This document shows, in pieces, positions 25,689 through 37,202 of a DNA stretch of 64,000 nt (positions are counted from its first letter, which is position 1; each line of letters starts with the position of its first letter). The notes beneath the pieces are model-generated. The model had not been told where the DNA came from and searched no databases. It saw nothing but the letters and a program-made list of their open reading frames with translations. The position numbers and the translations under genes are program-made. Source of the stretch: Malacoraja senta (lineage: Eukaryota); contig CM075977.1 of the NCBI GenBank assembly GCA_038087875.1, forward strand, positions 224,936,001-225,000,000, read 5' to 3'.

Positions 25689-25888
25689 NNNNNNNNNNNN
25701 NNNNNNNNNNNNNNNNNNNNNNNNNNNNNNNNNNNNNNNNNNNNNNNNNNNNNNNNNNNNNNNNNNNNNNNNNNNNNNNNNNNNNNNNNNNNNNNNNNNN
25801 NNNNNNNNNNNNNNNNNNNNNNNNNNNNNNNNNNNNNNNNNNNNNNNNNNNNNNNNNNNNNNNNNNNNNNNNNNNNNNNNNNNNNNNN
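25689..25888. other. Assembly gap (200 N)
   Basis: Run of n characters. Confidence 1.
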
Positions 25889-26560
25889 GATGCAGTGAAG
25901 ATGGAGAGGTTGGGAGTAGGGGATAGAGTCTTTGCAGGAGGTAGGGTGGGGAAAGTATAGTCCAGATAGCAGTGGGAGTTGGTAGGTTTGCAATAGATGT
26001 CAGTCGATATTCTATCTCCTGTGATGGAGACGGTGAATTCAAGAAATCAAGGGGGAGGTGTCGGAGATGGTCCAGGTGAATTTTAGTGCCGGGTGGAAGT
26101 TAGTAGTGAACTTAATAAAGTCCATGAGCTCTGCATGGGTGCTAGAAGTAGCCCCGATGCAGTCATCAACGTAACGGAGATACGTCTGAAGAAAGGTCTT
26201 GGTCCGAAACGTCACCCATTCCTTCTCTCCAGAGATGCTGCCTCACCCGCTGAGTTACTTCAGCATTTTGTGTCTACCTAGTGGAGAGAGAGTTCAGGGA
26301 TAGGACCAGTGTATACCTGGAACAGGGATTGTTCGAAGTACCCAATAAGGAAGTGGAAGGAGTTGATGGAGAAGTTGTTTTGGGTGAGGACCAGCTCTGA
26401 TAGGCGGGGAGAGTGTTCATACAGGGAAATTGGCTAGGTCTGCGGTCGAGGGAGAAGCGGAGGGCTTTAAGGCCTTCCTGGTGGGGGATGGAGGTGTAGA
26501 GCTACTGAATGTCCATAGTAAGGATGAGGAAATGGGGGCCTGGAAACCAAAAGCCATTAA
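25889..26560 (-). mobile_element. Penelope-like element reverse transcriptase fragment
   Basis: Minus-strand peptides LYTSIPHQEGLKAL, RYVDDCIG, NFHPALKFTWTIS, KPTNSHCYLDY..HPTSCKDSIPYSQ, typical of PLE RT/thumb. Confidence 0.88.
26183..26279 (+). mobile_element. Solo pLTR with hammerhead core inserted in the PLE RT
   Basis: CTGAAGA(26186-26192)AAGGTCTTGGTCCGAAACGTC. Confidence 0.75.
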
Positions 26561-27179
26561 AGAATCACCTGGAAACTGAAAGTCATTAAAGAGTCATGTA
26601 CATAGCTCCTCAGTGGAGAGCTATAATAATAACTATAAAGGACAACACAACATTGTAATTTTATGACTGTGATAGTGCTTGCACTTCCAACGTGTGTAAG
26701 GCATGTAACAAAGTGACCTGTCTTTTGGTCTGGGGATGGTGGTTGAGGGAGGGACACTGGGGTAGAATTTTCAACCAGTTCAACATGTGTATTTGGGCAT
26801 AGAATGTTATCCTGAGAAAATGCAAGCATGTGGAAAGCGGCATCAATCCACTAGCACAGAACAAGCGGTGGCCAGTTTTAATATATCAGTGATCCATCAC
26901 AACGGAGTTATCAATAGTTTTACAATTTAAGTTTGGTTTAATAAGTTTCCTGCACTTCATGGCAGTAAAAGCGAAGAAAGAGATCCCAGCAATTCAGAGG
27001 GTAAAGCCAGTTAAGGGAAATATGCCAATTAATACTGAATTCTCACAACTGTTGTTTTTCCTTGTCAGGAAGGAGATATTAATAGAAGTAGTGTATGAGG
27101 TTTGTTTGCGGAGCTGGGAGTCTAAATACATAGTTTTGTGGTGCAGTTTCTGAGGTGGCATCTACACTTTGGGGAGGTA

Positions 27180-27420
27180 CAGTGGACCAGCTACTGGCTT
27201 GCACATAATTTCAGATTAAATCCGGATCTTGGGCACTATCTGTGCGGAGTTTGCACATTCTCCTTGCCATCATTGCCTCCCATGTTTCCTCCAACATCTC
27301 AAAGACATGCAGATCTATAGATTAGTAGGGTGAATAAAAGTGGGGCCAGAGTAAATGGGTATTTGATGGTTGATGCAGTCCCAGTGAGTGAAAGGTCCTG
27401 TTTCCATGCTGTGTGACATA
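27180..27420 (+). mobile_element. Degraded V-SINE (HE1-like)
   Basis: GGAGTTTGCACATTCTCC...TTTCCTCCAACATCTCAAAGACATGCAG V-domain-like core. Confidence 0.65.
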
Positions 27421-28167
27421 AAGTCTTTGAAGCTCTGATTAGCATGAGTGCAAACTTTGTTGGCTCTCAGATGTCTGGCACCAGAGGCAATGGGTATATC
27501 CATGGTAGCATCAGCAATAGACGCCTCAGAAGAAGTTTAATTGCATGAGTAACAGCCTGCAGGTAGGATATCAGCAAAGTGATAGAGCTGGCAGGAGGCC
27601 ACATCCCTCACACAGCATCTCAGGCAGAGGATAAGATTCACTTTAGTGTCTTTCAGACCTCATATCAGGTTTTGGCAAACATTGCAGCATTCTGCAAGAT
27701 GTATTCCTACCATACTGGACCTGGTGGCTGCACTTTATCAGTGCCCTCAACCATCTTGTCTGTGGATCCTTTCAAGGCTCTGCTGGAGGCAAATGCAGGA
27801 TTTCCTACCTGGCTTCACAAAATACATAAAACTAGGTGATGTTATTTTTTTACACTACAGGCAATTAACTTCATTTTATCTGTGATAATGCCAAGGAAAT
27901 TGAGAAAGCAGTTTGTTTTGTTTCTCTCTTTGACACTCCACAGGTTCCTGTGTCATTTACTGCATTCACATGGCATTTAAAGCATCCATTCATACTCAAG
28001 AGTGCTTTAATTTCACCTACTTAAGAAAAATATAATATAATATTAGAGAGTCACATTTCAATTGTTGTTGTCATCAGGAAAATATGTTTTGTATTCATTT
28101 CTACCACAGGGTAGATGGAAGGCCTCTATCTCCCACCTCTGGTAGGCGAGGAGTACACAGGTACCCA

Positions 28168-28294
28168 GTCTGAAGAAGGGCCTCGACCCGAAACATCACA
28201 CCTTCCTTTTCTCCAGAGATGCTGGCTGTCCCGCTGAGTTACTCCAGCTTTTTGTATCTATCTTTGGTTTAAACCAACATCTGCACTTCCTTCC
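28168..28294 (+). mobile_element. Solo pLTR with hammerhead core
   Basis: CTGAAGA AGGGCCTCGACCC GAAAC ATC at 28170-28197; imperfect TSD TACACAG(G/A)TAC(C/T)CA. Confidence 0.8.
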
Positions 28295-28884
28295 TACACA
28301 GATACTCAAGTTGTGCCAGTGTGGGGCCCCTCCTCCTCTTCCCCTGTTTTATGTTTGGTTCTCTCTTCTGCAAGTTAGAGTGATATGTTAAATGGTGTTC
28401 ATTGACTGAGGGTAAAAATTATAGTGTAAAGATGAATGTGGATGATTGGTGATGCTGGATCCATAGATGGGCTTCTAAAAAGCACACAAACAATGGGCTG
28501 GCTACAGCTAGTGCAACGGGTAAGTTGGCGCCAGGAGTAACATGTTGCACTGTACCTGAGACGGCAGTGTGAGGGTGTTGGAGAAATACATGCGTTATGA
28601 TGGAGACAAATTTACCAAAATACAGCTACATATTAGGATCCAATCATATATCACTAACTGCACATATTATTTACTCTGCATGCAGAGGTTGCACCCATCG
28701 CCATTTCATTATTCAATGACTAACAATCTGCTTCAATCACAAAGCAGTAAGACAAAAGAAATGTTGTAGTTAAACAGGAAGAGTGTAAAATATTGGGTGA
28801 ATTAGACATAGTAAGATGAAGTTTAAGGGGTTCAACACCTTTGAACTTGAATCAGCTGAGGGAGACACATAGAAATTGTTTATT

Positions 28885-29360
28885 ACATAGAACATTGAAC
28901 AGTACAGCACAGGAACAGGTCCTTCGGCCCACAATGTCTGTGCCAAACATGATGCCCAGCTGAACTAATCTCATCTGCCTGCAAATGATCCATTCCCTGC
29001 AAATCTAAAAGCTTATCTAAAAGCTTCTTAAATGCCGCTGTCGTATTTGCCTCCACCACCACCCCAGGCAATGCGTTCCAGGAGACCCCCTCCACCCTCT
29101 GTGGAAAAAACTTGCCCTGCACATCTCCATTATATTTTCTCCCTCTAACCATACAGGTACCTGTATGTTCGTTAGTGTTGGATATTTCCACTCTGGGTCA
29201 AAGATTATGACTGCCTAACCCATCTATGCCTCTCAAATTTTTTTATAGACTTCTATTAAGTATCCCTCTAACTTCCGATGTTCCAGAGAAAACTATCCAA
29301 GTCTATCCAACCTCTCCCTGTAGCTGAAACCCCTAACACAGGCAGCATTCTGGTAAATTC
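28885..29360 (-). mobile_element. CR1 3' fragment (second subfamily)
   Basis: DVQGKFFPQRVEGVSWNALPGVVVEA. Confidence 0.85.
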
Positions 29361-30107
29361 TTATAGTCTTTACTGACTAAAGGAGTGGTGGCAGAGGACT
29401 GTAAGAATGTTAATGTACAGTTATTTAAAAAAAATGGATGGAATAAATTAATTAATTACACACCAGTCTAACTTTCAAGCCTCTTCCTTTTTAGTCAATG
29501 GCTCTCTGTGTTGTGACGATTGCATGGTACCTTATCGAGCACCATTTTTAAAATCTACAAATATTGTATCAACCATATTTCAATCATCAATCCTCTCATT
29601 ACCTTCATCAAAAAACACCATAAAGTTTATTAAACACAGTTTGCCTTTACCTTTGTCCAAAAACTCTGTTGTTAGTTAAACAAAATTTGCCTTTAATAAA
29701 TCCATTGTAGCTTTCTCAGTCCATGACTGCTAACGCTTTCCCTATTTATTGTTACTATAATTTTTTCCACCATCAAAGATAAACTGACATGTATAGAATT
29801 ATTGGGTTGTAACATTCATAATTTTCCAGTCATCAGGCTAAACTATTAATGTTTAGGAGATTAAGGCCAGGGCTTCTGTAATGTGATCCTTCCCTTCCAT
29901 CATCTACTCAGAATGCGCAGCATCTAAACCAGGTTAATTATCTACTTAAAAGCAACCAGTCTTTCCACTATTTCTCTCAATCAATTTTTGGAGTTTCAGA
30001 ACTTTAGTTACCTTTTCTTTTGCTGAGTCTCCAGCACTGGCACCTTCCTTCTTGGTGAAAAATTATGTAAAATATTCACAATACCTCAGCCATACTTTCA
30101 GCCTCCG

Positions 30108-30415
30108 TGAGTGGTGCTGCAGTATATTTGCTGCCTTACAGCACCAGAGACCCAGGTTCAATCCTGACTATGGGTGCTTTATGGGTGCTGTATGAATGGA
30201 GTTTGTATGTTCTCCCTGTGACTGCATAGGTTTTCTCCAAATGCTCCAGTTTCCTCCTAGATTCCAAAGACATGCAGGTTTGTTGGTTAATTGGCTTTTG
30301 TAAATTGTCCCTAGTGTGTCTAGGATAGAATTAGTGTACAGGTGATCGTTGTCTGGCATGGATTTACTGGGCCGAAGGGCCTCCTTCCATGTCGTCTCTC
30401 TATGACTAAATCTAA
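30108..30415 (+). mobile_element. V-SINE (HE1-like, tRNA-derived)
   Basis: B-box-like GGTTCAATCC, V-domain core, CR1-like 3' tail GGGCCGAAGGGCCT. Confidence 0.85.
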
Positions 30416-30774
30416 ATGAGTAAATTTACTTGTTTGATCAGTCTGACCTCCTTTCCAATCTGCTGCCAATGGTTTCTCATGTTCTCTTTTTCTCTATAAT
30501 TTCCATTTGTTTTCCTCTGAAAGTTCTGTAATCAGTCTGGTTCTAATTTGCATTAACAACTTGGCAATTGTCAAATACTCTCATTTCATCCTCTTTCTAC
30601 CCTCTTTCTTTCAGGGTTTTAAAAACTCTGGTTTTAATTTCCCTTTACTTTTTGCTCATAGGAATATTACCAGAGTGTAATTGAAACATTTATATTTTAA
30701 GGCCCTCTATTGTTCATTTATAGAATTGTTTGCCAACATTTGATTCCAATTCATCAGAGTTATATCTATTACCA

Positions 30775-31660
30775 TTGAGTCATACAGCAAGGAACAGGAT
30801 CCTCCGCTCAACTCACCCAGGCAGACTAAGGTATCCATCTATGCTAGCCCCATTTGCCTGCATTTGACCCATAATCCTCTAAAACGTTTCTATCAATGCA
30901 CCTATCATGTACAGTATTTTAAATGTTCTTATAGTACCTGCCTAGATGATTTCCTCTGGCAGCTCATTCCATATACCCACCACGCTCTGCGTGAAAAACG
31001 TTGCCTCTCAATTTCCTATTAAGTCTTTCCCTACTCACCTTAAACCTATGCCCTTGAGTTTTTGATTGCACTATCCTGGGGAAGGACTGTGTTCATTCAC
31101 TCTAACTAGGCTGCTCATGATTTTATACAAATCTATGTCTCCTATACCAAAGAATAAAGTCTCAGTCTGCCCAACCTCTCCCTATAACAGTCCCTTGAGT
31201 CATGGTAAATCTTTTCTGCACTTTTCCATCTTAATGACATCTTTCCTAGAGTGGTGACCAAAACTGAACACAATACTCGAAGTATGAGCTCACCAACATC
31301 TTGTACAACTGTGACATAATGCCCCAACTTCTATATTCGATGTCCACACTGCTGAAATCCAGCTTGTCAAAAACCTTCTTCACCACCATGTCCACTTATG
31401 AAGCGAAATTCAGGAAATGATATACTACTGAGGTTCCTCTGTTCTACAACAATCTCTGCATTCCTACTACTCACTGTGAAGATCCCACCCTTGATTTGAC
31501 TTCCCAAACTTCAACGCATTGCACTTACCTGAATTAAATTCCATTTTCCATTCCTTGGACCAACTTACACAGCCGATTATGATCTTGCTGTCAATCTTGA
31601 TAACCTTCATTGTCCATTATACCAACCATTTTAGTATCATCTAGAAATTTACTAAACATG
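30775..31660 (-). mobile_element. Older CR1 3' region
   Basis: Similar to the CR1 RT C-terminus and 3' end. Confidence 0.75.
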
Positions 31661-31664
31661 CCTA

Positions 31665-32060
31665 GAAGGAGATCTTTCCCTCAATGTCAGCAAGACAAAG
31701 GAGATAGTGATCGGCATCAGGAAGCGAAGCGGTACACATACATTTGTGTATGCATCGACGGCGCCGAAATAGAGATGGTTAAAAGCTTCAAATTCCAAGG
31801 AGTAAATATCACCGACCACTTGTCCTGGACTACCCATATTGAAGCAATGGCCAAAAAGCACACCCATGCCTCTACTTCCTTAGAAGGCTTAGGAAGTTTG
31901 GCATGTCCCCAACAACTCTTTTCAACTTCTACAGATGCGCCATGGAGAGCATTTTACCGGGATGCATCACAGCATAATTTGGGAACAGTTCCATCCAAGA
32001 ACGCAAGAAATTGCAAAGAATTGTGGATGCAGACCATTACACAAACCAATCTCCCTTCCA
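31665..32060 (+). mobile_element. Rex1/Babar-like LINE fragment
   Basis: LSLNVSKTKEIVI..., SFKFQGVNITDHLSW, LYFLRRLRKFGMS across frameshifts. Confidence 0.8.
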
Positions 32061-32388
32061 AAGACTTCAGACCTCCTGAAACTAAAATCATCAAGGCAAG
32101 AACAGCTTGCATTTGCAAACTACCAAGAAGAATGAATTGTAGTCTTAAAAATACAACTCTTAGACTGAACAGAACCCCAATTTTAAGGGATTAACAGAAG
32201 TGCCTTGCTGTAGTGCTTCTTAACTTTACTCAATGAAAGCCTCACAAGTTCACATGGAATAATGCATGTCCCTTCCCCACATGCATAAACCTCCACATTG
32301 CAGGCCGCTTCAATTAAGAAGCTGGGGCTGTCCCTATGATTTCCAGGCAATGCTGCAATCCAATGAACCAAGTATATTTTAGTAGATA

Positions 32389-33075
32389 CTAGACCAAGTG
32401 GGACCTGTTGGGCCCCGTTCCCCCAATGCAATATTCCATCACTCACCCGTTCCCCCAATGCAACCCATTCCCCCAATGCATTATTCCACCACTCACCCAT
32501 AACCCCCAATTGCGCAGGCGCGGTTCATTTGCCCTCATCCCCAACACTCCATCCCCCTCCTCTTCACCTTCCCTCTTCCCTCTCTCCTCTCCTCTTCCCT
32601 GTCCCATCTTCCGTCCCCCTCTCCACGCTCCCCCACTCCTCACCTGTCCCCAATCGCACTCCTCCACCAAACACAATGTTTAAATAACATTTCCCCTCCT
32701 CCTCCCCGCCCCCACTCCCTCCCTCTCTTTAGAAAAATGTAACAAATTTCTCATTGCACTTGGCGGAACACTGATGATGGGAAGTTTATGTAAATGAGAT
32801 CCCATTGTGATGTCATTGTCGGGTGGAGGACTGTTCACGGGCAGTTTATGTAAATAAGATCCCATTGTGACATCATAGCTGTAATTGCCAGCAATTGCCA
32901 CTGCTGTGTTCAAATCATTCTTTCTCAAACTGGATTTTGTAAAGTTGAAAATGTGAATAACTTGTAAAATATAACATCTGAACGAAACTTGATAAAAACA
33001 CACCAGACAATTGTGAGTAAGGTGGTGCAAAGATTGTAGCGCTATCGTGTACCATTTTGGTGTAATTTCAGGATC
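32389..33075 (-). mobile_element. Non-autonomous Helitron (3' end intact, 5' end lost)
   Basis: Minus strand GGGCCCAACAGGTCCC hairpin, then ACTTGGTCTAG|T; internal TAGCGCTAC...CCACCTTACTC shared with 56898-57821. Confidence 0.75.
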
Positions 33076-33477
33076 ACATACACGTCATCCCCATACTACC
33101 TGCAGACTTTATTTAACCCAGGTTGAAACCACACCATATTTTATCTCTAGAACTCTCAGCCACATTTCATAATTTGCAAAGGAAAATAAAAATGTACATT
33201 GGATAAAGCAATTGTGAACTTGATAAAACATTGAATGCTCTATATTTCAGAATTTTCAGGTAATCTCCTAATAAGGCTGTGAACTAAAGAGAGACCAGTG
33301 GTTTCTATGAAAAGTGATGTGATGGTGAGTTTAGGCCACTCTCCTTATCCATTCATGTGAGTGAAAAGTGATATTGACCAGGCTTTGGGCATCATTGTTT
33401 TTAAACCAAAGAATGTTCCCCGCATAAGGAAACATTCTTGAAGAAAAGGTAAAAGAAGATAGGTGTAATATACTTAC

Positions 33478-33624
33478 ATATGTTGATATGAATCAACTTG
33501 TGCTTTTTTGTGAACCTCATGTTGGAGTCTCTTTTTGAGTAGAAATTTACTTCGTGTCAACATTTCAATATTATTTGGTTTTCTGTAAATGGTCTTGATT
33601 CTCTCAGTAAATGTTTTCTGTTGC
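33478..33624 (-). CDS. IQCM: IQCM-like gene, coding exon 3 (147 nt)
   Basis: Strong acceptor TTTTTTTGGTCCTTTCCACAACAG|G (phase 2); peptide QQKTFTERIKTIY...VDSYQH; donor AT|GTAAGT (phase 2), which forms ATG with the next exon. Confidence 0.75.
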
Positions 33625-34329
33625 CTGTTGTGGAAAGGACCAAAAAAATCAGAATTAAATGGATGTGAGGAATAGCAATTAAGAGGCAAAAAAGTACAAT
33701 TCAGAAAATGTAATTGTTGGAAAGAAAAAAAATTACTTAAGGGTTAGATATAGCCACACCACAAAATATTGCTTCTGTGGTATCATTCATTATATAGTAC
33801 TTGCAGAATGGAATTATACTATTTAGTTCATTAATTCATGCAGAATTTGTACAAAACACAAGGCTTTTCTCACCCTTTTTCAATTAAACCTGCTAACATA
33901 TCCTTATTTTTCTTTCTCCTCCAAGTTTTTCTCTAACAACTTCTTACAACCACTTTTACAATCTCGGCTGCTCCTTGTGCAAACTAGATCACATTCTAAC
34001 CATGTCCTGAATAGAGAGATTCTTCCTGAATTCTTCAATGGATTTACATGTAATTAATGTATATCCATGGCCTGCCGCTCCATGTGGAAATAGTTTGGAA
34101 ACGGAATCATCTTGAACAGTGGTGCCAAACCTGTACCATGCAGAAATCTATGCCATTCACACTGATGGTCACATATCATATTCAGACTCAAATGTGCTTT
34201 TTAACATGCAACATTTCCTTTCCTATGGAGGTGCACTTTTCCCCATGATTGGTTGCTCAATCCTGAACAATAATTTCATCAAGACTCCAGCCCTTAAAGG
34301 GCATCTGTTTTTTTCCCACTGATACTGAA

Positions 34330-34642
34330 AATTGTGTAGGCGCTGCAGTAGAGTTGCTGTCTTACAGCGGCAGAAACTCGGGTTCGATCCTGACTATGAG
34401 TGCATACTGTACAGAGTTTGTACATTCTCCCTGTGGCTGCAGTGTTTTCTCCGGATGCACTAGTTTCCTCCCACATTCCAAAGATGTGCAGGTCTGCACG
34501 TTATTTGACTTCTGTAAATTGTTCCTAATGTGTAGGATGAGAAACTAGAATAACATAGAACTAGTGTACGAGTGATTGCTGATCGGCGTGAACTCAGTGG
34601 ACCGTAAGAACTATTTCCATGCCGTATCTCTGAACTAAACTA
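34330..34642 (+). mobile_element. V-SINE (HE1-like)
   Basis: GGTTCGATCC B-box, V-domain core, CR1-like tail. Confidence 0.85.
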
Positions 34643-34802
34643 TTTGCTGCTTTAGAATCATGGGTTACATAGCATGGAAACAGGCCCTTATGCTCAACTA
34701 ATCCACGAGACTCAAGATGCTCACCTACCCTGGTTCCATTTGCTTGCATCTGGCCCATATCTATCAACATTTTGATTCACCGTGTGCCTGTATAAATGTA
34801 TT

Positions 34803-36095
34803 TTAGACAATAGACAATAGGTGCAGGAGTAGGCCATTCAGCACTTCGAGCCAGCACTGCCATTCAATGTAATCATGGCTGATCATCCACAATCATTACC
34901 CCATTCCTGCCTTCTCACCATATCCCCTGACCACTATCTTTAAGAGTCCTATCTAGCTCTCTCTTGAAAGTATCCAGAGAACCGGCCTCCATCGCCCTCT
35001 GAAGCAGAGAATTCCACAGACTCACGACCCTGTGTGAAAAAGTGTTTCCTCGCCTCTGTTCTAAATGGCTTACCCCTTATTCTTAAACTGTGGCCCCTGG
35101 TTATGGACTCCCCCAACACCGGGAACATGTTTCCTGCCTCTAGCATGTCCAAACCCTTGATAATCTTATATGTTTCAATAAGATCCCGTCTTATCCTTCT
35201 AAATTCCAGAGTGTGCAAGCCCAGCTGCTCCATTCTCTCAGCATATGACAGTCCCGCCATCCCGGGAATTAACCTTGTGAACTTACGCTGCACTCCTACC
35301 AAAGTGGATAACCTCACATTTATCCCCATTAAACTGCATCTGCCATGCATCTCCCCACCCACCCAACCTGCCCAAGTCACCCTGCATTCTCACAGCATCC
35401 GCCTCACAGTTCACACTGCCACCCAGCTTTGTGTCATCTGCAAATTTGCTAATGTTATTTGTAATCCCTTCATCTAAATCATTAATATATATTGTAAATA
35501 GCTGCGGTCCCAGCACCGAGCCTTGCAGTACCCCACTAGTCACTGCCTGCCAGTCTGAAAGGGACCCGTTAATCCCTACTCTTTGTTTTCTGTCTGCCAA
35601 CCAATTTTCTATCCATGTCAGCATGCTACCCCTAATACCATGTGCCCTAATTGTGCCCACTAATCTCCTATGTGGGACCTTAACGAATGCTTTCTGAAAG
35701 TCCAGGTACACTACATCCACTGGCTCTCCCTTGCCCATTTTCCTAGTCACATCCTCAAAAAATTCCAAAAGATTAGTCAAGCATGATTCCCCCTTCGTAA
35801 ATCCATGCTGACTCGGACCGATCCTGTTACTGCCATCCAAATGTGCTGCTATTTCATCTTGTATGATTGACTCCAGCATCTTCCCCACCACCGATGTCAG
35901 TCTAACTGGTCTATAATTCCCTGTTTTCTCTCTCCCGCCTTTCTTAAAAAGTGGGATAACATTAGCTATCCTCCAATCAACAGGAACTGATCCTGAATCT
36001 ATAGAACATTGGAAAATTATCACCAATGCGTCCACGATTTCTAGAGCTACCCTGGGACCATCAGGCCCTGGGGATTTATCAGTTTTAGACTTTGG
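34803..36095 (-). mobile_element. CR1 LINE RT/3' end with internal deletion near 35295
   Basis: KSPGPDG, NYRPV, SQHGF, LDFQKAF, KFADDTK; the VIHFG segment is joined directly to GVQRKFTRL. Confidence 0.93.
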
Positions 36096-36431
36096 AATTT
36101 TCTCCTGAAATGCCTGAAATAGGCAATGCTGGGAAAAGAGCATGCCATGGCTTCACAGACAGCTTTTGAATGAAATGGGAAGGAAGAGACATGCTGTTTA
36201 ATTAGGGGGTGCATAATGGCCCTGACTGGAGATGCAGGGGATGTAGCAGGAACTGCCAGCCGCTGGGATATGCCGCGGGTAACAAAAGTCTCCGTGGATG
36301 CCCCACACGGGAAGACTCCCGGGAAGCGCCGTGGAGTTGGATGAAGGAAGACCTGGCAAGGCACAGCCAGCAGGGAGGAAGTTCGGAAACCGCCGAGCTT
36401 GGCCCTGAAGATCAGAGAGCAAAGGAGGAGG

Positions 36432-36640
36432 GATTCTCTGCCTCAGAGGGTGGTGGTGGCCGGTTCTCTGGATACTTTCAAGAGAGAGCTAGATAGGGCA
36501 CTTGAAGATAGCGGAATCAGGGAATATGGGGAGAAGACAGGAACGGGGTACTGATTGGGGATGATCAGCCATGATGACATTGAATGGCGGTGCCTGCTCG
36601 AAGGGCCGAATGGCCTACTCCTGCACGTATTGTCTATTGG
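36432..36640 (+). mobile_element. CR1 3' end fragment
   Basis: Matches the CR1 3' UTR and tail. Confidence 0.88.
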
Positions 36641-37140
36641 AGCCGCTGGGGACAATGGACTGGTAATAGAGGGACGAGGTTATTGCCTCCAGCGCCTTCA
36701 AGGTCAGCTGCAGGAGACGGTCTAGTGAGGAGAGGGATGTCCGTTCCTGGGCTGAGCCGGTTGAGGGCGACAGAGGAGGCCCTTTAGCACCCTGGGACTT
36801 ACCTAACCGCTCCAGTACATCATCTCCGTGGACTGGACTTTGGACATTTTGTAAATGGCTCCAAAATATGGCGACTTGTGCATGTGTGATCTATGAAAAA
36901 AGAATTTCACTGTGCAGTGCACACGTGAAATCACCATTGAACTATTGCATCACCGTCAGAAATGATTCACTCCATACTCTGCAAATATGAGTAGTACATT
37001 GGAGGATTCTATGGTCTCAGCCAACTTGTTAAAAATAGCAAATGACCCTTAGAATGGTAGCTAAAAACAGATATGGCAGCAACTCACAAACACATGCAAA
37101 AAACAAACACAGATACAAAAACATATAAACACACACACAC

Positions 37141-37143
<3 letters not shown>

Positions 37144-37197
<54 letters not shown>
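37144..37197. repeat. (TA)n microsatellite
   Basis: Directly visible. Confidence 0.98.

Positions 37198-37202
<5 letters not shown>

Noticed and set aside
25335-26042. ORFs spanning X runs
   Set aside because: Artefacts of CT low-complexity sequence and the N gap.
30108-30180. tRNA gene
   Set aside because: Only the tRNA-derived head of a SINE; no cloverleaf.
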